Shown in pieces: positions 52,426 through 64,000 of a stretch of DNA of 64,000 nt. A program made the position numbers and the translations under genes. The notes below the pieces were generated by a model. That model saw only the letters and a program-made list of their open reading frames with translations, searched no databases and was not told the DNA's origin. Source of the DNA: Pocillopora damicornis (Eukaryota); assembly GCF_003704095.1 (NCBI RefSeq), contig NW_020847337.1, forward strand, positions 1-64,000. Direction: 5' to 3'. Positions within the stretch are counted from its first letter, which is position 1. The number at the start of each line of letters is the position of its first letter.

Positions 52426-53569
52426 CTAACATCATATCAAATGAAAACTTTTTGAATTTAGTGCTTTGTATTGTGTGCTCTCCTCTTGTTTGGGTTTTTT
52501 TTTTCTTTACATAATGAACATAAAAAAGAATGAGTTGAGGGGACAGCTGTAAACAGGCCACAAGTTAAGGAGTTTTGTATTTTTGTGCTCCATGTGCAGG
52601 TAACTAGAAAAAAATAAAATATCCAGCCATTTTAAAGATATATTGTCTCCAAACCCTCTGAAGTTTTAGCAGTGAGATGTTAACACTTTAACTGTCTCAA
52701 TTTTTGTTCTGAACAAAAGTAGTTGGCAAAATCACTGACCCTTTGAACTTCTAGGCCTGATCTTTTACTTGAGGCCAAAGAGGACAACAGTATGGAGTAC
52801 AGGGGAATTTTTTTTCTTTTTCAGGTGAGCCAAGGCAAACATTAGGCAGGAAAAAGATGGGGTTTCTCACTTTTTTCATTCCCCTCACACTTGACTCCAT
52901 TCATTTCAATGATATAAAACAATTAAAGCTTGTCCTGCAGCCAGGAGAACAATTTATGCTTTGCATCAAGCTGGGGATCGAATGAGCTTCAGTTTGAAAT
53001 CCTCTTGGGGCCTGGGAGGTTCTTTTGCACACCCCATGTTAAATCTATTAATTAGCCAATTTTCATATCTAATACACCAATGATCAGAGGCTTCTTGACG
53101 ACAGAAACTTATTTAATTTGTATTAAACTAATCATTACATATCACAAAAATCTTACTTAAAGTAAAATTAAAAGCGGCATGTTTTTCCATGATTGAAACA
53201 CATGAAAATTTTGAGGCAAGAACATTCTAACAAGGTCAAACATTTTACCACCAATAAGGTGACTTGAGAGCAAGCATGCAAAGACAGCTATCTAAGACTT
53301 CCACAGTAAAAAAAATTGCATTTATATGTACAAAATATAACTAACAGGCCCACAATAAGTCCTGGAGAGGCAGACATTGACAGCATGTTAAATCTGAAGC
53401 AGCCCCTTGATGATTTTGCAAGCGCTTGATCGTATTGTTCATGCACCCATTTAAAATGCCTCTGACAGAGTGGACAAGAATATGATCCCTGTTTTTATCA
53501 TTACATTTCAAATCCAACTTAAATTCATTTCATAAATGTCTGTACAATATGTTTCCTGAGCAAGGCTTT

Positions 53570-54368
53570 TTACTTCACTTTCTTCCTGAATAAGAGTATA
53601 TGTGGCTCTGTAGAAAAATTGTAGAATATGGGTTACAACTTTTAACCGTATTCTTCGCAATTAACAGCTTCTTATACGACAAAAGTTATTTAGATTTACA
53701 ACCAAGTTACCTATTTTAAATTTGTAAATTTGCCTTGGTGAGGGCATGGGATCATTTTGGAGCTTAAGTGTGTTGTTGATTGTTCTCTTAAATTTGTATT
53801 TGGCTTGTGCCTACAAAGTTTGTCACACAGTTCAACAAGAACATAGCCAAAACGGTAACAATGGCGGAGAGATTTCTACTTCATTCCACACATTTACTAG
53901 TTACAGCTATTCTTAACAGATTTAGATTTGAAACGTAATCAGAGACAAGTAACAGGCAATAAGCAGTCTTACTCTGTTTCTCATTTCTGAAACCGTTACA
54001 CGTTGTTTTGAAGCTGTTTACCTGGTCCGTGTCTCAAGTAATGTACCCATCCTTGTGATTGCTGAACCCCCAAATTTCGCCACTCTTGTTCTGTCATAAG
54101 CCTCTGAGGAACTTTCTTGGCGATGTCCTTTGGTAAGATAACATGTCTTGTAGGTACAAAAAATAGAACACGCTATTAGGAAGAAGCTGTTACACTATTT
54201 GTAAGTTTGACCAAGCAGCTGTTATCACTTCTTCGCGTTTCGAAATCAAGGAAGAAAAGGGAGCAAACATTACTAATAACTACTCCGGATTTTCAAGTCT
54301 TACCTGAATTCGTATTCACCTGCGTCATCGGCGTATCTTGGGGAATAATAAATATCTCTCACAGACAT
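53570..54368 (-). CDS. CKS: Cyclin-dependent kinase regulatory subunit, divergent paralogue (75 aa)
   Basis: Exons 54304-54368, 54022-54146, 53570-53607: [75 protein letters not shown]. Missed by the ORF track. Confidence 0.93.
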
Positions 54369-55601
54369 TCTGCGCGAAATTACTGGCGGCAAACGTTAGG
54401 AAACGAAGCAAATGCAGTGAAAATCGGTTACAACTGAGAGTCGGTAACTGTCTGATTGAATTGAAAAATTATGAACGTGTGCTTTCGTTGTGATTGGCCG
54501 AAAGTAAAAGGATTGCACAAGTTGATTGGTTCATGATTTTCTAGCCCAGTCTTCCGTTGTTTGTAACGCAAGGCATGGCGTGACAAATGAACGTCTCGAA
54601 TGACTTTGTTCATGAAGACTCGTCTTCTGATTTTCTGTTTCTAAGGGACGTCAGCCAGGGGCTTGAGAAAAGTCAGCAGTTTCAGTGACAGTACCCATCA
54701 AATAAAGTGGTGGTTGTTGTATAGGAAATTGGTTTTGCAAGAGATGTCTTGGATTTTGATGTGCTTGTGGTGCACATATTTTTACGTTGGACAGTTCCAA
54801 TGTTTTCGTTTTTTTTTTTTTTTAATTTCAGACTCAAAGTTTATTGTTATAACCCTGGTTAAAATGAGAAACATGATTACGGTATTTTGAAGGGGAAGCA
54901 AGACACAGAAAGAACGTTGCTGGGTTTTCAGGTTTTTGTGAGTTAGGAAGGTTCACTAGAGTCAGGCTCAAAGCAAACCTTGAGGAAGTGCAGATTGGCA
55001 ATCCAAAATCATGTCCAGGGTTTATTTTCGCCCTGATTTATGTGATTCAACCCTGGCTCATAAGAAGGAGCCATTAATTTTTTAGAGAGTGATGTGTTAA
55101 AAACTCGATGGACAATGAGTTGCTTTGGGGCCAAAAAGACATTTCCACAACATACAGTTCAAAGAGATACAAACTTCATTTATCCCATTAAACATATCTT
55201 GGACGGCCTTTGACTTGTGGAAAATCAAAGGTATGCTTAACTCTCGACTACTTTTTAATAAACAAATTTCCATTTGCTATTTCTATTAATGCAGCAAATT
55301 AAGCAAACAATACATTTTATGTAAGAAAGCTCAAAAGTGCAGTCAAATAAATAATTTGAATTAATTGATGAATAAATTATGTTGTACATTATGAAGTTCC
55401 TTGAGTTCATTTATCTGAACTATGAATCAATGAAACACAAATAATTACATTTGTACAATCAAACAATTTAAATGAACTCTGGAAAATTTACATCATAAAC
55501 TTAATATCATTAATATTGTTATATTTTAATGTAGAGGTTAGCATTAGTACACTGTTCCAGCTTCATTCCATTGACAGTTACTACAATGGCATTCTTGTGT
55601 T

Positions 55602-57091
55602 CTAATTCTTGCGCAGATCCGTCCTTTCTCTTCTAAATAACAAAATGTGAGGCTCTGAAAAGACACAGTCAATCATAAGTAGAATTTTGGATGTACCCAG
55701 TTCCCCAGCCCCTAAAAGCTTGAAAAGACCTGTATAGTACTGACCTGTTTACACTGGTCCCAAAAACTTGATAATGAAGAAAAAAAATGATCATTGCAGG
55801 TGTAATGCAATTAAAGTAATAGAAGAAATGAAGCCTGACAAATTTCATTAAAAAATTGTAATGAAAGTTGATGATCTTAAGCATTGCAAAAAATTCTTTC
55901 AATCCAAGCAAAATAGGTTTTTTCAACACTCACTTGACCACATGAAGTACGTCTTTCCCGTAGATTTAACAATTTAGTGCTAAATATGGAAAATATTCAT
56001 ACAGCAAGGAGAAATAGTATACATTCAACTCATTCCATCTAACTCATAAAACTAATAGTGCAAAATAATCTCATATTATTGGAGGATTGTGTTTCTGAGG
56101 GTCAAACACATACCCACAACCATGGAAAAGACAGTTTCTCTCCCTTTCTGTCTAATGTTTTTTTCAAAATATTTCCATATATTTGCTTGCAATTAATTCA
56201 GCTGAAGAACTTTCTTTTCACTTCTGTTAAGAGAGGTTTAATTGCATGGAGTCTACTACTCTTGAGGGGGATTTAGATGAGAGAATATACTATTTGTGGT
56301 CAAAAATTACAAACAGAGCTCTCCTTGCTAATTTTCAAGTTTTAAGAAAATTCAGACGGGATGAACGTCACACTTTGCAAGTGAATGCTGACCAGACTAG
56401 ACTGTATATGCGTTTCTGAAAGGCTCTTTAAACTTTTATGAGCTACAAATTAAGACAGTGCAGTACGTAACAAAATCTAAAACTCACCAGGGTCATGTTT
56501 CATGTAATGTTCCCAACCCTGAGATTGTTGAACACCAAGACTTCGCCATTCAGTTTCTGACATAAGATGCCGTTTTGGGACAAGCTTAGCTATTTCCTTC
56601 GGCAACAGGACATGTCTAGAAAAGCAGGCACCAAATGATCAACACCAGTTGGTCTTAACGAAAAAACTTACATTTTCATAAATGACGCGTAAAAAGAAAC
56701 GTCGCCATTTTTTTTTTTTTTTAATGAACCTTCGCCTAAACTGATCTGTTCTTACAACATAAGACTTTAAACGACAGTTATATATTCAGATATTTTCTCA
56801 AATGAAACAAACTGGACAACTTACAGTAGTTAGAGAGTATTAGTTGGTGCCTCTTCCAAGTCAAAATTGTAACAACGACAATTGGAGAGAAGACTAATTC
56901 GTTTGAAACAGGAGCAAGTAAGAAGTAAAATTTGCCAAGATGTATTAGACTGTGTTGGTTTTCGCTTCAAAACCAGCTTACGAGCCATCTAGAATGAAGA
57001 GATAAAAGGTAGCGAGTTTTTAGTGTCTTTACCTGTACTCGAATACGTCGTCGTAGTATTTCTCTGAGTAATAAATTTGCTTCACTGACAT
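55602..57091 (-). CDS. CKS: Cyclin-dependent kinase regulatory subunit CKS1/2-like, canonical paralogue (79 aa)
   Basis: Exons 57033-57091, 56488-56615, 55602-55654: [79 protein letters not shown]. Confidence 0.95.
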
Positions 57092-57365
57092 TTCGACGAC
57101 CTCTGACGACCCAAACCAACTTCTTCCCGGTAAATGTCACATTAGAAATATTTGTCTCGACTTTTAAGATTGGCGCGCTGCTTTCTGATTGGCTACTCGT
57201 TTAGACTGAGTTCCCAGACTGCTTTACCAATTTCAAGATGGCGGACGTTTACGTGGCCTTATGCGATTGCAAACATCTCCCGAAGATGCTCCCTTGGTAA
57301 CTAGTTGTATGGGGAAATTATGTGGAAAGTGATAGCCCGATAAAAATTCTTACACACTGGAAAAA
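57092..57365. promoter_or_regulatory. Putative bidirectional promoter between CKS and PARP16
   Basis: 274 bp between divergent ATGs. CCAAT boxes (ATTGG at ~57170 and ~57188, CCAAT at ~57227), E2F-like TTGGCGCG at ~57171, YY1 consensus CAAGATGGCGG at ~57234-57244. Confidence 0.72.
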
Positions 57366-60300
57366 ATGGAACCTGAAGAAGCGAAGGAACGTGTGCTACA
57401 AAGACTTGAATCTGACCTCACATCCGCTGACCTGCAGTGGAGTTTGTTTATTGCAGCTCTGGAAAGTTATAGACACGACAGCATATTAAGACCCTTTCCT
57501 TCTGCATACGTGGTTGGTGATGATAATAAGAATTTTCAAGGGCTGGTGAGTGTCGGTCACCTAAAAATCTGAGTTCAGCTGTACTTTACATTTTAGAGCT
57601 GGACATTCCGTTTTCCCCTAATTCCCTCTCCACTCCTCCTCTTCTCACTTCCCCTCTTCCCAAATCCATTTTTGCTTTCAGCACCTTTGACGACTGTATC
57701 GAATGATTTAAAAAAACTTTAAGGCCTCTTGAAAAAATTGTGGCCATCTTTTAACACATACACCCAAAAGCTCTTTGGCAAAGATGGCTACTCACTTGTT
57801 AATTGTGGTACTTCATTGTGATGGACAGCACCACTAAAATTGGTCTTCACAGGTTCAAGTTTGCAGTACAGTTCCTGCATTTGACAAGCTATTGACAGAA
57901 ACCAGTGAGAAGGTATATGCTCAAGAAACTTGGGATATCTTGGACTGGGCACTGGATAGAACCTTTGCACTGAGATCTGTTAAGAAATCTGTGGTATGTT
58001 TTTCAATAAAAATTTGCCTGATTATGGATCCTTCTGTCTTTTTTGCCTTATGATAATTGTAAAATTGCACTCCATGTACCTGAAAGAAGTCAGATTTTTA
58101 GACTAAAATATTACATAATTTTATTATAGATTAATAATATTTCAATAACAGCCTGGGCAATATTATGTTGGTGAAATGATCAACTTAGCTGTTACTTTTG
58201 CTGGTGCTACCAGGACTCTTATATTAAGCACAGTAGGTGAAGGAAATTGTCAAACCAGCACAGCAAATCTCTAACCTGTTGAATTTGCAGAATTTTAGGC
58301 AACTGTAGGCAGCTGCAAGAAGTACCACAACTGGTGAATGTTAGTGGTGTCTGCCTGAAAAAGTAAACCCTGTGTTACATAAGTTAGTATCTTATAATTT
58401 CCGTGACAATTATTTTTGCTATTATTAATGCCAACAGTTCTTGGAGATTGAGAAAAAAACTGGTCAAGCAAGTTACTGCTCCACCACACCTGACTTCATT
58501 TTCGAAGTTGTTTACAGGGAGACAAATACTCTCAGTGCAATGTTTGATGACATGTCACAGACTCGTGATGTTTGGTACGCTTACCATGGAAGTAGAGTGG
58601 ACAATTTTCATTCTATTTTGAATAATGGATTACATGCACATCTTAACAAAGTGAGTCTTGTCAGCTGTTTGCTTAGTTGAGTTACTTGGTAATCCCTCAA
58701 AGATTCTCACTGATCAAGTGGCTGGCTGGCTATGTGACTGACTGATTGGCTGACTGACTGACGGATTGACTCACTGGCTGATTGACTGGCTGACTCACTG
58801 ACTCACTGACTCACTGGCCATCTGGCTGACTCACTGGCTAACTGACTGACTGATGGACTGGCTGACTGGGTAACTCTCTGGCTAACTTACTGGCTTGCTG
58901 ACTGACTGGCTAACTCACTGGCTGGCTGACTGACTGACTGGCAGACTGGCTGACTGTCCAACTAACTGTAAGCCCACAAAGTAAGTTTGCCATAAACTGA
59001 AATCGCTCCTTTATTTTACACTTGCCCTTTCATTATTTTCCTCTGGATCTCCAAGGATGAATGGCTGATATGTATATGAACATTAATAAACATGTCGAAT
59101 AATTAGTGGACAGGAGATCCAGTGGCCTGATGGTCAGTGCACTGGACTCTGGATCAAGTGGTGTATGTTCAGGACCTGGTCAGGTCAACGTGTTGTGCTC
59201 TTGGACAAAACACTTTTCTCCCATAGTTCTTTCTTTTTCTCTCATAGCACCTCTCTCCACCCAGGGCCCACTTGTTTGAAAGAGGGTTAGCAACAATCCA
59301 GGATTAAAAGTTTACCTTGTCCTTGATTTATCTTGAAATAAAGCAGATACTAGGGCTTACCTCTTGAGGGGTTTTGCCATAAAGTTAGTGTAAGACAAAA
59401 CTGAAGGAGTAAATAAAAACTGTTCTCAAAGCTACAAAACAAAGTAAAAAATTGTTGGCAAACCCTCAGTTAGCTTAATTGTCCTTTGGACAACCCAACC
59501 AAGGAGTATATTTAATAGGTACTGGTGAATTGTCAGGGAAGCCTGATGAAATGCTTGGGGGGTAACTGTGCACGGACTGGCATTGGATCCAGAGGGGAGT
59601 AGTAATACTCCCAGTCGCTTCATGCTAACATGGAAACCGGGATAAGCTCTGGTTTGGCTGGGCAAATAGGCTTAGTACAGACTCAATCTAATCAGTTGAA
59701 AGACTTATGGTTTACTCTATTTATGTTTCATTTGTTAAACTGAGTAATTTTGTATTATAAACTGAGTTGATAACAGAAATTTGCCACCATAAAGAGTTTG
59801 AATGCTGATGTTTCAAGTGCTAACCCTTTGTCAGGGAATGACCATGACCAACATTCACCCTGATGTTTAAAATTTTAGCTTTGAAACTCAGCTCAGCTGA
59901 TAATACTAAATACCCACTTATACTCTCCCACCAATGCAACACCACAGTTTCTTCAGAAACTTACCCTCTATGATGTTTAATTAGATAAATTGAGTAGTAA
60001 ACCAAACCGCTTTTCTTCATTTTTTTAGACATCATTTTTTGGAGAAGGGACCTACCTGTCAAGTGATTTAACTGTTTGTATGAATTACAGTAGTTTTGGT
60101 TCAGGCTGGAAAAACAGCACAATTGGAGAAAAATTAAGTATCGTGGCTGTCTGTGAGATCCTGGACCATCCAGATGTGAAGTGTACTATCAAATCTAAAG
60201 CAAATGACAACAGACTAACTCGTTCTAGGGCCAGAGCAAGAAACAGTGAGGGAGGAGATGTCCCAGAGAGATATTATGTGGTTACAAACAACCAAGTTGT

Positions 60301-61383
60301 TAGGGTGAAGTATATGCTGGTGTATGCTGAGAAGAAAGCACCTACAAGGTATAGTAAATGTAGCATTACAATCATTAGTAGTAATAAAATTTATTCTTTC
60401 TCCTAGATAGTTGATACCTTCTCATTTGTGCATTCTTGTTACTTGGGTAGCTGAGAATTAAACAGGAAAGAACAATATTAGATGACCTTCTCGAACACTT
60501 TTTGATTGAGTGTCATAAATTCAAGAACAAAATTCCTATGACAACAGGCAATCAAAAGATAGGAAAAAACCTTAAAGAATCTCTGAGAACTTAAAGAAAA
60601 AACCACCAAACTCCTTAAAGCATGGTAAAATGTAGGCACCCAAGCCACGATTGGTTAGTTCTGCATCTGATTGGTTGAAATAGAGGTGCAAATTTTCTGG
60701 GCCAATCACAGGGCAAAGTGAAGCAAAACTAATGCAATCCCAGATGACTTTTGATACTCAATTGAAAATTGCTCTTATATCAATGTTCACTACTTTGGAA
60801 AATTTTGTTTGACGTTTCCTGATCAGTTACATTTTGTACCTGGTGTTTTTTAAACTGTATTGTCCTTCTTTCTGGGGTTTATCTGAACTACTAGTGAACC
60901 ACTTACCTCCAAGATCATATGGGTAATTCTCCCATCTTGTTACTTTTCATTTCCTTGAAAGTATGTTAAGAGAAGCTGATGCTATATCAGGATAGTACCC
61001 TTCCACTGATCATTTTGTCTCTTTTCATCATTTGTTTGCAGGATAGTTTATTAAATTTGAGAAGGGAAAGCATTAGTTCATCACTTCTGGGATTTAAATG
61101 ATGTACATAAACTTTGTTGTGTGACAGACAGATCCCTACATCTCTGTACATATTTTGTGGAAACTGTGGTTATGTATTTTCACATTTAAATTTCTATCCT
61201 AATTTTGATTTATGGTAACTTTCTTTTGTCTCCTGATCCAGGACTCAAGCTCGTAACTGGCTGATATTCCGATATCCGTTAGCCTCAATCATGGTTGCCT
61301 ATATCTTAGTTTTAATTTGTGTGGGTTTCTCCAAAACAAGACTTTTCCAAAAGTTTTATAGGAAATATTTCAAAGGAAGCTAA
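57366..61383 (+). CDS. PARP16: Mono-ADP-ribosyltransferase PARP16 (ARTD15), tail-anchored, 5 exons, ~331 aa
   Basis: Exons 57366-57545, 57853-57993, 58438-58650, 60029-60348, 61242-61383 (996 nt). ADLQWSLFIAALESYRHDSILRPFP; H-Y-Y triad in AYHGSRVDNFHSILNNGL, FGEGTYLSSDL and VPERYYVVTNNQVVRVKY; C-terminal TM LASIMVAYILVLICVGF. Confidence 0.95.
58718..58968. repeat. Degenerate tetranucleotide microsatellite (GACT/GGCT/CACT)n; shorter tract at ~24920-24990
   Basis: ggctggctggct...gactgactgact...cactggct arrays. Confidence 0.9.
60500..60775. mobile_element. TIR MITE family with CCAAT-rich interior (copies at ~12778-13055, ~26300-26470, ~41070-41170, ~62520-62690)
   Basis: Shared accaatcagatgcaaaactaaaaccaatc core (or its reverse complement); termini resemble agagcaatttt...ttgaaaattgctct. 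Confidence 0.6.
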
Positions 61384-62692
61384 CTTACCTAAGGTTAAAA
61401 TATATTTTTAATTCTTTCAAGGGAATATTTAAAATTATGCAATACTTTAGCTCAGTATCTGGTGGCTAGGAAATGAAGGGTGTGTTTTTAGGTTATTAGG
61501 AATTTTTAAATTGTTCTAGGTAGTTTAGTTGTTGCATTGAAAACACAGGCAATTTTCTGATAAATGGAAGGAATTAACATCAATGAGAGCTACTTTCATT
61601 CCCTCCCAGTAGGTTACATAATTAGGGACATTATTGAAAAGAAATGAAGCTTTGAAATTTTTTTTGGACCTGATGATCCTCAGCAAATAACTTATGAATT
61701 ATTTCAGAACCAAAGATCTTAATGTAAAGGAAATAGCTACTTTTAGTCTTATAAGTTTTGCTACGCTCAAATGTTTAAGTACAAAAACTATTTCAATGTA
61801 TAATTTTAAGTATTCAGTGTATCACTGCATCTACCTGACAGGGTAAGGACCTTAGAGTCTTCTCCTTAGTTATTACATAACTTGCAGTGTTGATGTCNNN
61901 NNNNNNNNNNNNNNNNNNNNNNNNNNNNNNNNNNNNNNNNNNNNNNNNNNNNNNNNNNNNNNNNNNNNNNNNNNNNNNNNNNNNNNNNNNNNNNNNNNNN
62001 NNNNNNNNNNNNNNNNNNNNNNNNNNNNNNNNNNNNNNNNNNNNNNNNNNNNNNNNNNNNNNNNNNNNNNNNNNNNNNNNNNNNNNNNNNNNNNNNNNNN
62101 NNNNNNNNNNNNNNNNNNNNNNNNNNNNNNNNNNNNNNNNNNNNNNNNNNNNNNNNNNNNNNNNNNNNNNNNNNNNNNNNNNNNNNNNNNNNNNNNNNNN
62201 NNNNTGATTTTAAAATTGTTACAATTTAATACACTCTAATGCAATTAAATATCTTATTTTAAAACAATGTTAAATATAGGCTGATGATGAGTTCTAACTA
62301 ACACACATTCTTGTATGGCTTGGTCACACCAAAAGTGAGTCCACAGTTTTCTCACAGTTTGGTGCAAAATGAGAACTATGCAAGCAATCAAATTAATGCT
62401 TTGATTTTCCTTGGTTGAATCATGATAACTACTATGACAAAAACACTAGGCAAGGCACTGTTACCTTACAATTATCAATAGCCCTTTTTACAGGGTAATG
62501 TCTGAATTCAAAACCAATGTCAGTGATTACAAAAACCAGTCTTAGTCAAAAAAAAAAACAAAAAAAAATGAAAAGAAGCCGAGGAGAACTTGCAGTCAAA
62601 ACAAGCAAATGGCACTGGATTTGTCATTGACAAAGTAGTGATTCTTTTTATGGTTGAATTTGATTGGTTAAAAAGCTTTGAGCTCTCTCAAA

Positions 62693-64000
62693 TCAGTGAT
62701 GAACCTTGCCTTGTCCTGTTCCAGTCCAAAGCTCTTTAAGTTCCACATCACAACCAAGATCTCTGAGAGCTGCTTTAGCTAAATCCTCACAATCACCCAT
62801 CTTGCCATGTGCTTTCCTGATCAAGCTTTCAGCTCCCGCTTCAAGGATGATGTCACAGTGATCAGGATTACGAGCCACCAGGTTGCGCAGAGCCAGGCAG
62901 GCATGTTTCTGGAGAGAAGAAATGATCAAGTCATTTATTCCAGCCTAAACTTGACTTGATCATAGTGTTGAACTACAGGTTGACTCACAAAATAATAGTT
63001 ATTTGGTTCTACAAAATCTTAATCCATTACAGATAGTTTTCAAAGTTGTCTTCAATTTTTTCATACAACTTTGTTAAGGCATGCATATTTGAAAAAAATG
63101 TTGACATAATTTATTCAAATCATAATGGGAATTATGAAATAAACATTTTTTTATTATTTTACTGATCCAAATTTACATTGGTGATATCTGGCGAGACAAT
63201 GGTATTTAGTATGATTAGCCACCCAGAAAGACACTGGTAAAGAGCCAATCAATTTGAAGCTTCAACATGCCCATCTCCCCAGGAAACCCACAGGCATTTG
63301 ACCATTGTCTGTACCCAGTGGGATGAGGAATTTGAACCTTAAGTAGAAAGTCTTTCCAGCAGAATACAGCTGTTATGCTTTTAAATATGGAGGTGTTTGA
63401 GGTAAATAGTTTATATACCTAAGTGAATGGCTCAGACAAATAGGTCTAAAAGGTCCAGTTTTTAAGCTCAGTCAATGTGTAGAAAGTCACTGTTGCTAAT
63501 TTTGCCTTTTACAAAAAGACTGGGTGGAGTATTTGAACTCAGGAGTGGGAATTTGAACAAACCAATGCTCAAATGCCGGGGGGGGGGGGGGGGGGGGGGG
63601 GGGGAAGGGGGGATGTTGAAGCTTTGGATTGATTGACACTTAAGTTGACAAAAATGTTTTGGAGAATTTGAAAACATGTTGAGTTTTACTCAATTTATTT
63701 TGCAAAGGAAAGCAAGAAAGAAGGTTTTGCACTTCAAAGCATGAAAAATAATGTAGAATGGAAACCTGAGGGAAACCACAAACTTGATAAAACATACTAC
63801 AAATGTCCAGTATTAGATAGAAATATGGTTTTCATAAGACATAATTTCTAGCCATAACTTATTCTTGGAGCACAACTGTGATTAACTTCAATCTCTACAC
63901 CCACTATTCCACTGAACTTAAGGCTTCTACCATGAAGAAAAATATTTACTTCTTGTAAATTGATATGAAAACCTTTACCTGTACTCCAGCAACATCAGGA
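62693..64000 (-). CDS. ARMC6: Armadillo repeat-containing protein 6, last two exons (gene continues beyond the window)
   Basis: Partial exon 63979-64000 (..PDVAGVQ|gtaaag) plus terminal exon 62693-62908 [14 protein letters not shown]...GAESLI...[24 protein letters not shown], the characteristic ARMC6 C-terminus. Confidence 0.9.

Noticed and set aside
63578-63612. Poly-G run / G-quadruplex candidate (also G-rich tracts at ~16500-16530 and ~11610-11635)
   Set aside because: Simple intronic homopolymer tracts, often within repeats; no evidence of function.

Overview
Eukaryotic (animal) genomic DNA, intron-rich, with scaffold gaps at about 0.1-5.5 kb, 12.0 kb and 61.9-62.2 kb. The Hv1 sequence and repeat landscape suggest a scleractinian coral or other anthozoan (inference). 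Manual splicing on GT-AG boundaries gives phase-consistent models for 11 genes in this order: EXOC5/Sec10 (-), HVCN1 proton channel (+, head-to-head with EXOC5), a 2-exon secreted protein of unknown family (+), TIPIN (+), a ~1706-aa CCPG1/PBXIP1-like type II membrane protein (-), a PIGBOS1-like microprotein (-) head-to-head with PIGB (+), two tandem CKS paralogues (-), PARP16 (+, head-to-head with a CKS) and the 3' end of ARMC6 (-). There is also a decayed CR1/L2-type LINE and many MITE and SINE copies. Most notable: the CCPG1-PIGBOS1-PIGB trio, adjacent in human at 15q21.3, appears preserved here, with only 119 bp between the PIGBOS1 and PIGB start codons. It sits within ~25 kb of PARP16, forming a candidate ancient ER-stress/ER-phagy neighbourhood with ATF4-, M-box- and XBP1-like motifs upstream of the CCPG1-like gene. 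All homology calls come from motif recognition and recall; no database search was run.
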